The notes: generated by a model not told the origin, from the sequence alone. A DNA stretch of 64,000 bases from an uncultured Nitrososphaeraceae archaeon (GCA_963779615.1 CAVZZA010000003.1:992001-1056000), one strand, 5' to 3'. Positions 1 through 11,494 are shown, counted from the stretch's first letter. Numbers and translations: made by a program.

Positions 1-2
1 AT

Positions 3-1289
3 TCCAAATCTAGGATAGAAGATTTAGTAAAGGGTAGTCAGGTTAACATGAAAATAATACCTAGTCCAGAGGAAGCACTTACATTAACTAACGAATTATT
101 TAGTCATGCAAAAAATGAGTTACTGATAATACTTCATTCTATAAATGGAGTTATGCGTACAGAAAGAGCATGGGGATTTAGATTTTTAGACGAACTAGGA
201 TCAAAATCAGTAAAGGTAAAAGTTTTAACCGCATTGGATTACACTAATCGTCACACAATTGACAACTTGAAGTTAAATTATCCTCGTATTGAATTTAGAA
301 GTTTAAAATTTTCTCTTCCAATATTTAATAGAGTGACAATAGTCGATAGAGCAAAAACTATGATATGGGAAATAAAAGACGATAACAAAGATAATTTTAT
401 TGAAGCGTTAGGTATGGCAATATATATTGAAAGTGAACAAACCGCCTTGTCTTATGTATCCATTTTTAATAATTTGTGGAAACAATCAGAAATTTACGAG
501 AAATTACAAGAGGCATACGAACATCTTACTCTCCATGATAAGATGCAAAAAGAGTTTATAGAATTAGTTGCGCATGAATTACGCACTCCTATAACACCCA
601 TAATAGGTTTTACAGAACATGTAAGAGATCAATTAACTGATAACAACCAAATAGAATTGCTTGATGTCGTGATTAACAATTCAAAGAAATTACAAATTCT
701 TACTGAAAAAATTTTAGATGTAACCCGAATTGAGGGCAAATTATTTAAACTTCAAAAGGAGAAATTTAGTCTCAATCAATTAATATTAGATATAGTCAAG
801 GGCTTTGAAGACAATTTTAAAGACAATGATAAAAGCAATCAATTAGAATTTGAATATGATAATAGATTTAAAAAAGAAAATTATTGGATAACTGCGGATA
901 AAACTAAAATAGGACAAGTAGTTTCTAACTTAATTGAAAATTCTATCAAATTCATATCAAATGAAGGTATGGACAAAGAGAGGAGAGGAATCATATCATT
1001 AACTATTGAAAAGAAAGAAATTGTTTCTGATATAAATAGTTATGATACTAAAGAGCCATTTGTTATTGTTTCTATAAAAGATAATGGTAAAGGTATAGAC
1101 CCGGAGATACTTCCCAAACTATTTACTAAATTTGCTTCTAAATCCTACCAAGGGACAGGGTTGGGATTATATTTATCAAAGAACACTATTGAAGCACATG
1201 GTGGCAAAATTTGGGGTGATAATAATAAGGATAGCAGAGGTGCCATCTTTAGTCTTAGTTTACCCTTATCTAATTATATTGCAAAATAA
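3..1289 (+). CDS. Sensor histidine kinase (PLD/TrmB-like N-terminal region, HisKA, HATPase_c); probably starts upstream of the window
   Basis: H-box VAHELRTP, N-box NLIENSIKF, G1 DNGKGI, G2 GTGLGL; frame is open from position 3. Confidence 0.9.
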   Translation, partial: SKSRIEDLVKGSQVNMKIIPSPEEALTLTNELFSHAKNELLIILHSINGVMRTERAWGFRFLDELGSKSVKVKVLTALDYTNRHTIDNLKLNYPRIEFRSLKFSLPIFNRVTIVDRAKTMIWEIKDDNKDNFIEALGMAIYIESEQTALSYVSIFNNLWKQSEIYEKLQEAYEHLTLHDKMQKEFIELVAHELRTPITPIIGFTEHVRDQLTDNNQIELLDVVINNSKKLQILTEKILDVTRIEGKLFKLQKEKFSLNQLILDIVKGFEDNFKDNDKSNQLEFEYDNRFKKENYWITADKTKIGQVVSNLIENSIKFISNEGMDKERRGIISLTIEKKEIVSDINSYDTKEPFVIVSIKDNGKGIDPEILPKLFTKFASKSYQGTGLGLYLSKNTIEAHGGKIWGDNNKDSRGAIFSLSLPLSNYIAK

Positions 1290-1759
1290 AAATGTAATAA
1301 ATTCTGCTGACGACTAGCTGTAAAACGGTAATCCTACCGTCAAGGCAAGGGGTAAGAAATCTAAATCAACATTTGCATACAGTAGAATTAAACACAATAA
1401 AGATGGTTATTGTGTTCAACTTTGGAGTCAATTATTTGCGATCCTTGAAGCCGAATAGTCTATACTTTTGCTATATATCTAGAGATAGAGGGTAAAAATA
1501 CACTGAAAAGGTTTTGTCAAGATGAGAGTGGATATAGCAATAAAATTGAGGGAAATATCACCTTGTCAATCTTACTTCCGATTGTTACCAAAATAGTTAA
1601 CTGGTCCGGTAGTTGAGTCATAGATATATTACGATCCAAAAATCATGTAGTTTAATATATTTTTGTTCGAATGGAATGGGATTTATTTACATGTCAGATA
1701 GTCATGGTTTCTTACTTCAACGAGCTGAAATCTTTTCTATCGAGATTCAATCTTGAAGG

Positions 1760-2215
1760 TTTATTTTTATATCTCTTTGCTCTGGAGTTCTTGCTGGAAT
1801 AATTTTAGCTGGTGTCAATTATTTTGTTGCCGAACCATTTATAGAACAAGCCACAGGAATTGAATCAGAAAATAGTATCGTTGCTGGAGAAGTAGTCGAT
1901 TATGAAGAATTGAACGCCTATAGAATTTGGTAAAAGAAAGGTACATTTGCAGCTGGATCTTTTCTTGGTTTAACTTATGGTGCCATTTTGGGAATAGTCT
2001 ATATAGTGTCAAGAAAGTATATGCCTTCGTCCATATACAGAAAGAAGGCGATTGCTTTAGCAGCCATAACGTGCTTATCACCATACGTCGTTCCTCTCAC
2101 TAAATATCCTACAAATCCTCCTGCGGTAGGAGACCACGAGACAATTGGTCTAAAAGATAGTTTGTATACTGGCTTATACTTTCAGGGCTATCTAGTTCTA
2201 AATTCTGTATGCTGA
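1760..2215 (+). pseudogene. cbtA: CbtA-family (putative cobalt transporter) pseudogene
   Basis: Manual translation SGVLAGIILAGVNYFVAEPFIEQATGIE...YRIW*KKG...KYPTNPPAVGDHETI; in-frame TAA at 1931-1933; C-terminus lost. Confidence 0.7.
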
Positions 2216-2379
2216 ATTCTATTTAATATGAATGAACTATTATATTGCATTTCAGAACCAGTGATTTCTTATCATGATGTGTTGAAGATATCTACAGATT
2301 TTTTTAATGTCCGTTTAAGAAATTCTTGTACTTTACCTTCTTTACCAATTTTGAGTTCGCTGTAATATACAGTTCTAAT

Positions 2380-2835
2380 TCAACCAATGGTATCACTCCT
2401 TTTACTATTGACAATATTTCTTAATTTTTCAGTAAAAATCTCGATATCCCATGAGTCATCGTACCGTATCCCATTAATATAAAAACAAGGAGTTCCATTA
2501 ACACCGCTACGAACTCCACTTAGAAAGTCTTCCTTTACTCTAGGAAGGTAAATATGTTCAGACATATCTTGGTTAAATTTATTTAAGTCCAATCTTAACT
2601 CTAGCATATTTTTCTAAATGTATACCATCAAGTGCTTGTTGGTGTTCATACAAATAATCGTGCATTTCCCAAAACTTATTCTGACTTCCCGCACTCTCAG
2701 CTGCTTCTGCAGCATTCTGAGCATGAGGATGACTTTGAGTAATTGGAAAATGACGGAATGCAAATCGCAGGTCCTCATCAAAACTGTTCTGAATTTGTTT
2801 GATAATTGGATATGCTTGTCCACAATATGGACAGG
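2380..2835 (-). pseudogene. DsbA-family thiol-disulfide oxidoreductase, 5'-truncated and frameshifted
   Basis: CPYCGQAYP...FRHFPITQSHPHAQNAAEAAE...FWEMHD in one frame, GVNGTPCFYING in another; frameshift near 2605. Confidence 0.85.
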
Positions 2836-2874
2836 AATTTAGATTGAGGATATTAAAACATTACAGTGTGTTTT

Positions 2875-3204
2875 TTAATTGCTACTTACCATAAGTTTAT
2901 AGCTTTTTATTGATTCCAAATTGCTAACATCACTAAGACCGACAGCCATTTTAAATGGAGCATATTCTGATGGTTGAATTGTTGTGGGGTCAGTAAATGT
3001 ATAGGACATTCCTGTGAAATAATTAGGTACGCTTGTAATGTTTAACACAGGATTTGAAGTTGAAATAATGCTTTTGATTTCGTTATTTGTATTTGTAGAT
3101 TCACTTTGTGCTTTTATATATTGGGGCCCTGTTGCTATAAGAACCACTGCTAACAAAATCGCTCCAATGATCACAATACTTAATCCAAGTTTTGATTGAT
3201 TCAT
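2875..3204 (-). CDS. Secreted protein, FxLYD-domain-like, apparently internally deleted
   Basis: Signal peptide; C-terminal TFTDPTTIQPSEYAPF...IKSYKLMVS resembles the end of FxLYD domains, but the central strands are absent. Confidence 0.5.
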   Translation of the reverse strand: MNQSKLGLSIVIIGAILLAVVLIATGPQYIKAQSESTNTNNEIKSIISTSNPVLNITSVPNYFTGMSYTFTDPTTIQPSEYAPFKMAVGLSDVSNLESIKSYKLMVSSN

Positions 3205-3559
3205 GTTTACAGAGATTTATTTTACCATTTCTATATAAGGATACAAAATTAAAAATAAAAACAGGACAAGTTAATTCAACACGTATTATACGCACCATAT
3301 CTATAAAAATACTAAAGAATATTTAAGAAATGGTATAAAAAAAGCATTAAGAAAAACCACCCTCTACTAATTCTACTTTTTTCCACATATTATTAACTTT
3401 CTTGACATCTAAGGGTTAATTTTTCCTTACCCTCTGGACATATTCAAAATATATTGACATGCCAAATTCAAGTTCTATCTGCAAGGAAAGTCGATGAGTT
3501 GCAAAAGAAGTTGATTATTAATATATTTTTAATATAATTGATAAGATATTGCATAAAGC

Positions 3560-3985
3560 GGCTCTGTTCACTTAAGGAAAAGTTATAGCTTGAGGATGCT
3601 TTGTCTCAATTATGATTATTAGAAACAGAACACCCTCAAATTATATTGGTCATGGATTGTATTTGTACTTTTCAGGCCTGTCATTTAGAAGAACATCTGA
3701 GCGGCTTTTATGTTTTGTTAAGCGAAACCATGTTTCAGTCTGGAATTGGATTCAGAAATACCATCCCCAAAAGATATCGTCTTAGGGAAAGAAGGTGGCT
3801 GAATTTATTGTGGATGAAACGACAATTAAGGCAGGTTCTGAATATGTCTGGCTTTGGGTTGCCATGGAGCCTAAAAATAAGCAAATTCTCACACTGTCCA
3901 TATACCGGGAAAGAAACATATTTGTTGCCGAGCGCTTTTTACTAGCCATTGTCAAAGATTATGGAAAACGCCCCGTACCAACAGA
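3560..3985 (+). mobile_element. IS6-family element remnant (left end plus truncated DDE transposase)
   Basis: IR-like GGCTCTGTTCACTT at 3560; LYLYFSGLSFRRTS...NHVSVWNWIQKY and FIVDETTIKAGSEYVWLWVAMEP...ERNIFVAERF...PTD; internal stop; broken at the second Asp. Confidence 0.85.
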
Positions 3986-4216
3986 CTTTGCTGAATCCAG
4001 GCAGCGTTCACCATATACATTCTTAAAAGTAATAATTGGAGATGCATATTTGCCACCATCTGATGCGGCAACACATATCCCTTTGTTAGTAAAAAATTCA
4101 TAAACGAATTCTACTGCAGAATCACTGTCACCTAGGACAGTTCTTCCGGCTTCACCCTTGACTTTTAAAAACGGGTTTCCATGAGAATTTATCCCGAAAC
4201 TTGTTATCTTAAAGGA
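3986..4216 (-). pseudogene. Fragment of a hypothetical gene fused to the IS6 remnant
   Basis: Open frame without a start: FKITSFGINSHGNPFLKVKGEAGRTV...FVYEFFTNKGICVAAS. Confidence 0.4.
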
Positions 4217-4220
4217 CCAG

Positions 4221-5492
4221 TCAAGAAGTTGGAACTATTCGGTATATTGAACCTGCAAATGTAAGAACGTAGAGGTAGCCATCATCAGGTCCAACCTGTA
4301 AGTCCGTAATTCCGCCATCAAATCCACTGGCGAATATTAATGGTTGACTGTCCTGCGGTGTATTGGATATCTTGTTAGCTAGTGTTCCGTTAAGAGCTAG
4401 CCCTGTTCTAGCTTGGTCTAGCTTGAAGTGATAAAGATCGCCATTTTTGTAGTCCCCTACAAACATATCATTTTGGTATTGTTTGCCAAGTTTTACAGAA
4501 TCAAGGAACTTTAGCGCTGTAGGAGCTACCGGCTTCAGCCATGTGAATTCAGGAGGTCTGTATTTGCCTTTTCCTGCAAAGTCTACCAAGTTGGATGATG
4601 GATTAGAAATGACTTGTCCAGCAGTCTCTTTTCCTATTGTCCCTTCCGGAGCCCATGTTCCCATTACCTGTGCCCATCCACTGTTAAATCCAGGTTCAAC
4701 AAGATTGATCTCATCCCCATATTTAGGACCGTTTTCGGTATCCCATAGATTGTTGGTCACAGGATCAAAGCCAATCCCAAAACTGTTGCGTACCCCATAT
4801 GCATAATACAGATTTAGAGGAGCCGTAGCTTGCCCAAGTGGAGGGTCTGGTACGGGCTGACCGTCCTGTGTAACCCTTAGTATACCTCCGGTGCTATCTG
4901 CAGGCGGTCCATTGACTACATTCTCAGTTTGGGTTCTGTGGGTTTTGAGATCACCAATAACAGCATATACGTTATTGTCAGGACCAACAACTACCTTGCC
5001 ACCATTATGGTTAGTGCCGGGAAGTGCAGGGAGACTTAGCAGAAGCTTGGGATTGACTAACTGTTGGTTGTTGTTTACTAATTCATATCTATAAAGAACA
5101 TTTGCAAGTGATTGTGCACCACCACCAGGTGCTGTATAGTACAGGAAGACGTATGTAGGACCATTATTGTGCTTTGCAATAGCAATACCAAGCATACCTC
5201 TTTCATTTGTTGGTGAAACAGGAACTTGAAGTAGGGGTTGCGAAAGCACTTTACCATCTGTAATTCTCTGTACTGTGCCAGTTTCTTTCTCTAATGCTAA
5301 AATGTCGTTTGGTCCCAAGAATGCCATGCTTGTAGAAGGTTGTAATCCCTGAGCTACTAACTCCACCTTTAGGTTAGGATCTTTTAATACTGCTGGTTGA
5401 GCTATGACCGAGTTAAATGGATGTGTTAATCCAATTGAGACCGTAACGGCCAATACTAAGGCCAATAGACCTTGAATTTGAGATTTAGTCAT
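4221..5492 (-). CDS. PQQ-dependent glucose/sorbosone dehydrogenase family protein (secreted beta-propeller)
   Basis: ERGMLGIA, NHNGG, YAYGVRNSFG, TENGP...DEIN...PGFNSGW, APTAL motifs; signal peptide. Confidence 0.92.
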   Translation of the reverse strand: MTKSQIQGLLALVLAVTVSIGLTHPFNSVIAQPAVLKDPNLKVELVAQGLQPSTSMAFLGPNDILALEKETGTVQRITDGKVLSQPLLQVPVSPTNERGMLGIAIAKHNNGPTYVFLYYTAPGGGAQSLANVLYRYELVNNNQQLVNPKLLLSLPALPGTNHNGGKVVVGPDNNVYAVIGDLKTHRTQTENVVNGPPADSTGGILRVTQDGQPVPDPPLGQATAPLNLYYAYGVRNSFGIGFDPVTNNLWDTENGPKYGDEINLVEPGFNSGWAQVMGTWAPEGTIGKETAGQVISNPSSNLVDFAGKGKYRPPEFTWLKPVAPTALKFLDSVKLGKQYQNDMFVGDYKNGDLYHFKLDQARTGLALNGTLANKISNTPQDSQPLIFASGFDGGITDLQVGPDDGYLYVLTFAGSIYRIVPTS

Positions 5493-6144
5493 CTAAATTG
5501 ACATCTTATCGCATGCAACGGATTTATATTTATCCATATGTCCTTGCATGTCATTCATTTACTAAATATCTGGCCACAGGGAAGAACTTGTTGGTATGTG
5601 TCTTGAAACAAGATCTGTTAACGTTTCTGTAATAGCTATACCATTTAGGGTAAGTTATTAAACATCTCTTAGTGAATAGTTTCTCATATCCAGATTGAAC
5701 CGTTTTATTCTGAAATATCCAGATAGTTTATTCTCAAATTCCAGTCAACTTTGCTTATACATCATTTTAAGAATTAATAACATGAAGAAAAGATATATGT
5801 TTGTGCATTTGTGCTAATTGGTATAGTTAGTATAGTAGAGGGTGTTAACCAGTCCTAATTATGCAAGATCTAGTATTTTAAAAAATTATATTACCTAACT
5901 AAAAATATTATTCCTGTCAATATTTTTTCTATACCCAATTCGTCTCTAATGTTCATTGATGCACTAGCAGATGTAGATGGTTTATACCTCTTAGGAACAC
6001 AAGAAACCACAAATGTCAACATTATAACATTAATTAAATTTTCAAAATCAACAATTTTGCTATCATCGTCTCATAGAAGAGACAATGATATACACCTCTC
6101 AAACTGTTTATTATTAATGTATTCTATACTGAAGCAATATCGAA

Positions 6145-6927
6145 ATGGTTGAAATAACAAAGCAAGCACATTCAATAGATGGATTTACCCATCCTTATCC
6201 TGGTGGAAAGGTTGTTCCTTATTTATTTATAGAAGATGTAGATGCAGATGATTTAACCTTAATTGATCCTTCATTTCTTCCACAACTGCCAATACTAGAG
6301 GATTATATACATGATTTAGGCTACAACATGAAGGATATAAAACGTGTTATTTTGACTCACTTACATATTGATCATGCGCAAGCAGCTAATGAGATAAGAA
6401 ATAGAACAGGTGCTAAAATTTATTCTCATTGGATCGAGGCAGGATATTTAGCCCATAATCCGCCATATCCTGGTCCTCCAACTGCTCAAGCAATACAAAA
6501 TATACTCAAAGAGTCTGGACTTTCGCAAGAAGAGTTAACAAAGAAATTTGGAAGTATGGAATTAGAGCCTATAATCGTAGATAATCAAGTGTCTGATGGA
6601 GACATGATTGGTAGTCTTAAGGTCATTCATACGCCAGGACACACACCAGGCCACATATCACTTTATTATGGTGAAGATAGAACTATTTTTGGAGCAGACA
6701 GCATCTACAAGAATGTATTTGGTGCAGACCATATGTATATTGCTCCAGCTGTTGTATCAATAGATCCAGTAACTGCGGTGATCTCTGCACAAAGGCTTTC
6801 TAAGATAAAGTTTGATAAATTATTGATGTCTCATCAAGATTCACCTTTAGTTGAAAGGGCAAGAGAAACTGTAGAACAACTTGTCTCAAACACTATTGAG
6901 CAAATAAGACCTCAAAACAACGGATAA
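6145..6927 (+). CDS. MBL-fold metallo-hydrolase
   Basis: THLHIDH, HTPGHTPGH, GAD and C-terminal SH motifs. Confidence 0.9.
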   Translation: MVEITKQAHSIDGFTHPYPGGKVVPYLFIEDVDADDLTLIDPSFLPQLPILEDYIHDLGYNMKDIKRVILTHLHIDHAQAANEIRNRTGAKIYSHWIEAGYLAHNPPYPGPPTAQAIQNILKESGLSQEELTKKFGSMELEPIIVDNQVSDGDMIGSLKVIHTPGHTPGHISLYYGEDRTIFGADSIYKNVFGADHMYIAPAVVSIDPVTAVISAQRLSKIKFDKLLMSHQDSPLVERARETVEQLVSNTIEQIRPQNNG

Positions 6928-6971
6928 AAAAAGTGATAATATCAGGGCAACTAACTAAGATACATTCATGT

Positions 6972-7375
6972 TTACAGGGATGCCCTATGATATTTTAATT
7001 TCTTCATCATCATCACACCATCTTTCATACTAACTGTCATATTGTGTTCAGCATTACTCATTTGCTTCATCGTTGCAGGCATACAAACCATCATATTCAT
7101 AGCTTTTTGAAATTCATTCCCCGTCATATTTTTGTCAATACCTACTTGTGCCGTCGCTAATCCATCTATCTCTTGGATTGTACTATACCGGCAATAGCAT
7201 TGCCACTCGCTGTACTTACTGCCCCTTTGATTATACCACTAGGCGTAGTACACATGATTGGCATGGCCATAACTCCCATCTTAAATGGGATGAACGAATA
7301 ATTGCTTGATGTAATCATCTTCATATCTATCGGGTCAATTGGATCAAATAAGGGAGGAACGAATTGCCCATTCAC
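6972..7375 (-). pseudogene. Met-rich hypothetical protein, frameshifted
   Basis: ORF 7166-7375 (KMGVMAMPIMCTT) continues in another frame: KNMTGNEFQKAMNMMVCMPATMKQMS...MKDGVMMMKK. Confidence 0.45.
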
Positions 7376-7765
7376 TGCTCTCCTGCTCCTCCGCCTTCTT
7401 GAGGTATTCTAGGCAGGACCACTATCCATATCTTTGTCTTGGTTGTTATATACTGCTGTGTACCCTTTAAGGTAAAGCCCTTAATAATCACCTCCATGTA
7501 GTTTAGCCTAACCAACTCTTTCTCTGTCCTTCTCAACTGCCTTAATGACTTTACTTTCTTTAGTATTATTAAATTATCACTAAATTCAAAATCGTTTCCA
7601 TAATTAAAATTATTAGAATTTTTATCCGTAAATGCCAAGATTATATTCATAAACATGCTGTAATGGCATAAGGCTTTTTTTGTTACTTGAGCAGAGTCCA
7701 CTTTTCTTATAATACAAATATCTAAATGAAACGAAAATATTATCAAGGAATTTAACTATTATTTA

Positions 7766-7846
7766 GAGCCTATCCCAAAATTGTCTTTCTACAGATTATG
7801 ATACTGCAAAACATTTGCACCAAGCCAAGCCAATTCTCGACCTTTT
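7766..7846 (-). mobile_element. IS5-family right-end remnant
   Basis: Minus strand encodes ENWLGLVQMFCSIIICRKTILG* (IS5 transposase-like C-terminus) running into the terminal IR GAGCCTATCCCAAAA, which is preceded by TTA. Confidence 0.7.
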
Positions 7847-8706
7847 AAGTGTGTTAAATTTTTGCAGGAACAGGTCAACATTGTGGCCTCAGCCACATGA
7901 CATACATGCTGTTTCAATGTAATCTTTACTACATCGCATTTATCAAATGAACTGAATTGAGAGTAAAATGATAGAATAATTATATTTCATTTTTATTGAT
8001 CATATAACATTAAATGTCGTTGACATAAGCAGGGTCGGACATGTATCAAATTTGTATGTAATCGAGTTTATAAGATTAACTTTTTTTATATAAATAAATA
8101 GGAAGATTTGATAATTATTTCATTAAAATAAACTTTACAAATTCAATAACAAAATAAACCTAGATATGGACTGGACTATTTAGTTCTGCCGGGGTTCATA
8201 TTTCAATTTTTACGAAGAAAATCTTGTTGATTTTATTAGTGTGACTTATTAGTTTTATAATGAGATTGTGTAAAGTAAATAGCCTACATCGGGCCAGTGG
8301 GGATAAAGATTCAGATTTGAATGTAATCTTTTTTACTATTTTGCAACGACTTGAATTCTTATTATAATAATCATGATAATGACCTTAACGATTTAGTTAA
8401 GATAATTGAATCTTGCAATGTCATTGGTATGGGCCAGGTGGTTTGCACGATATTTTTGCCTTTGATATGAATATGACAAATTCTAAGGAAGAAATAAAAA
8501 TGATCGATACATGTTCATTTCAAATATTATTTTTCCAACTAAAATATAATGGATTTTAAAATGATTATGAAGATGAAGTTTTATTGAATCTTGACTCTAA
8601 AGTATTTTATTATTACAACTTGAATAAAACTTTTTTTCTTTGAATATAGACTGCAGATAGTTGCAAAAGGCTACTGCTTTTTAACTATTAACATTCAATA
8701 TATGAC

Positions 8707-9021
8707 ATGGCCTTTTATTTAGTAAAAGCCAAACCCAAAGACAATATTGCCGATATCCGTTATGACATAGACCATTGAATCATTCATACTTTAATCCCAT
8801 TTGGAAAATCACTGCAATATGGTCTAGAAAATGCAAGATTAAATGATCATGGCGAGTATGCAGTATGGATTGAAGAAGATTATTGCTTGCCACCTTTAGC
8901 AATGGAAAAAGAAACGGTATTGGACAGATATTTTGATAATATCAGAGTGGAATTTGTTCCATCAAAAGAGGAAGGATGGAATAAAATTAAAGATAAACAG
9001 CTATTTTGGAGGGCAGAATGA
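8707..9021 (+). pseudogene. Conserved hypothetical protein (WxEEDYCxPPLA family) with an in-frame TGA
   Basis: MAFYLVKAKPK...DH*IIHTLIPFGKSLQYGLENAR...WIEEDYCLPPLAMEKETVLDRYF...EEGW; TGA at 8776-8778; absent from the ORF track. Confidence 0.7.
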
Positions 9022-9485
9022 GCCTGTAATTTCTGATGAGTAAAAGAGAGGGGTTTTAATGAATGCATAATTTAATTCGTCATAACGAACTCTGCTTTTC
9101 GCTATTTTGTGCTTAATCATATTTCCTATATTTGTTGCAACTAAGCAATAATTATTTTAAATGTATTAATTGTATTATTCTTATTCTTCATTGCCAAAAC
9201 AATTTTACTTGGTTGAAAGTGTCTTAGCACACCATTTGAAACCTTCGGTATGGTCAGGGAAGCGGAGATTAGCAACAAATTCGACTATTTATCTGGCCCA
9301 TGTGCATATTTTCAATAACAATGACATTTGACTAATAACTGGAGCAGGGCTGAACCAATGATTGTCGAAAAAGCCCAAGTTTATTGAATCAACAGTAATA
9401 AATCCAAATAAATATGATAATCGGAAGGACTGAATAAAGAATTACTAATCATTTTTATTGGATACATCTATAATAAAAAAATATA

Positions 9486-9725
9486 ATGAATGATTTTGAT
9501 AAATTCGAAAAATCAGTACAAAGATATGATGACTTCGTTAAGCGATTAGAACAAAAGAAAACCGTTGATCATAATTCATTCCGAAATAAGTTTAAAATAC
9601 ATGCCAATCAGGCCTTAAATGATCAGCTCGACTTAGCTGGCAAGGCTTTGGAAAATAATGACACAGGCAAAGCAGAACTACATACTGCCTATGCTTCATT
9701 TTATAAGAGGATGTTAGAAATATAA
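9486..9725 (+). CDS. Small helical hypothetical protein
   Basis: 79-aa ATG ORF preceded by an AT-rich TATA-like stretch. Confidence 0.5.
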   Translation: MNDFDKFEKSVQRYDDFVKRLEQKKTVDHNSFRNKFKIHANQALNDQLDLAGKALENNDTGKAELHTAYASFYKRMLEI

Positions 9726-10197
9726 TGACAAATCATGTTAGGGTTTATAGAAATAGGAACGACTGATAGTGCAAAATCCTTAAAAATAAACAGAGGGAAT
9801 ATTAAAGGAAATTAAAACAGATAGTATTCTCTATTTAATATTATTAAAAACCTGGTTCGAATCCGGTGGGGCTAATGCCGATATCGGTTCTTTAAAGTGG
9901 ATTCTAATTCTGTTGGAACTGTCAAGGATATGAAGTTTTCAATTCATAAAAAATACATTATCCTTTTTTTGTCAGTGTATAAAAAATCATGCAAGTTATT
10001 GTAGTGTCTTTTGTTGCTATTAAGGACATGTATGAAAAACATTCCTAAATTACAAGATAAAGTTATGTTAAACATTCCTCGTTTCATTCACAGTGTTAAT
10101 GTATCACTATTCTTTTTAGGTGGATTATATTAAAATTAACATAGGGAATCAAGAGACCCATTTTAAATATACTATAATCTTCACATGAATTCCAATT

Positions 10198-10776
10198 ATG
10201 AATAACACAAGAAATTTGTTATTGGTAGCCATAATCGCAGCAACACTGGTCATGGGGACAAGCATTATCCCAATGCAGTCATATGCAGACAGAGACAAAG
10301 ACTTTAAATCTTCAATAATTGCAAACTATGAATCAGGCAAAAAGAGCGCAAGCCAACACCAGGACCAGGACAACTTCTGCTACAGGGGCGACGATTGTGA
10401 GCAAGCCAACCAGGGACAACAGATAGTAGGAAAGGACAATGACGCAAAAGGGTTCAATGACCAAAGCGACAACCTCGCGCTATCCGCATTAGAAAACGAA
10501 ACTGGTAATGGCAATGGAACAGGCAATGGCAATGGCGGAACAACACCCCAACAAAAATGTGAACTTTGTCTACTAAATGTGAATCTAGCAGAATTCTTCG
10601 GCAATCCCGGGATTATTGATTTAGGAATTGATACCAATGCAGAGCTTTGCGCAGCACTCGTAAGTGGCTCACTTCCAGCAAAGGCATTAGTTTTCTTATT
10701 GACGTTTCTAACAGATGCTACAGAACAATGTTTGGTAGCTGCAGGCATTAATCTGACAATACGAGCTATTCCATAA
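10198..10776 (+). CDS. Secreted protein: signal peptide, Q/N-rich two-Cys module, GN linker, Cys-containing helical domain
   Basis: QHQDQDNFCYRGDDCEQANQGQQIVGKDNDAKGFNDQS; TTTAAA promoter-like box about 30 bp upstream. Confidence 0.8.
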   Translation: MNNTRNLLLVAIIAATLVMGTSIIPMQSYADRDKDFKSSIIANYESGKKSASQHQDQDNFCYRGDDCEQANQGQQIVGKDNDAKGFNDQSDNLALSALENETGNGNGTGNGNGGTTPQQKCELCLLNVNLAEFFGNPGIIDLGIDTNAELCAALVSGSLPAKALVFLLTFLTDATEQCLVAAGINLTIRAIP

Positions 10777-10808
10777 TCTTAGAAAAGAATTACAGAATAA
10801 CGAAAAAG

Positions 10809-10846
10809 ACACCTAAAGTAGGTGTTAAATCCTTTTTTTATTTTTA
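10809..10846 (+). terminator. Hairpin plus T-tract terminator
   Basis: ACACCTA-AAG-TAGGTGT followed by T runs, 33 bp after the stop at 10776. Confidence 0.55.
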
Positions 10847-11230
10847 TTAAGGTTCTTCGCATGTATAGAAAAGAATTTTTATTTACCATGGATTCTAGAA
10901 TTGACTAATCGTCAAATATTTCCTTTAGTCTTTTAATGCCTTCTAAATGTTCCTTGGAAATTCCATTATCTCCATAGTTCAGTTGGGTCTGCATTGTTTC
11001 AGTGATTTTGTCGTCAACCTGCTTAGATTTATTGGGTGACTCGCAGACATTGTCTTCCGGTCCACTATCTTCTTTTGCTTCTTCTTTGATAATATTACAT
11101 CCAAAAGGATTATCTGATTTTTTATGCTTATCAAAAACTTTTCTTCCGATTGGATTCCTATCAGTGTCTCATCGTTCTTATTTGAGTATTGCTCTAGACA
11201 TAGACTGATCGCGTATTTTATATTTATGAG

Positions 11231-11494
11231 GTGGATGATATCTATTTGCTATACTATCTTTACAACCAAATAGAATTGGAAGGTCTTGTCACCGAAAAGG
11301 ACATTCACAGGATTATAGAGCAGGCAGGTGAACTTGGGAACCTTGACCAAACCCTTATTGAGACTGCCAGTGATATCAGCAGGCTAAACTTCTTCAAGTC
11401 AAACCTTGAAAATGATGTTGACGAACTGACAAGAAAGATAGACGAGTATGATGCCACACTTTTGGAAAGGAGTCAGCAAGCAAGGCAGTTCTAA
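11231..11494 (+). pseudogene. C-terminal fragment of a coiled-coil hypothetical protein
   Basis: Coiled-coil-like 87-aa ORF with a GTG start among other gene fragments. Confidence 0.4.

Noticed and set aside
7372-7746. 124-aa minus-strand ORF
   Set aside because: TTG start, no motifs, looks like a read-through of joined fragments
9850-9875. GGTTCGAATCC T-loop-like sequence
   Set aside because: No acceptor, D or anticodon arm; weak stem; does not match the tRNAs in this window
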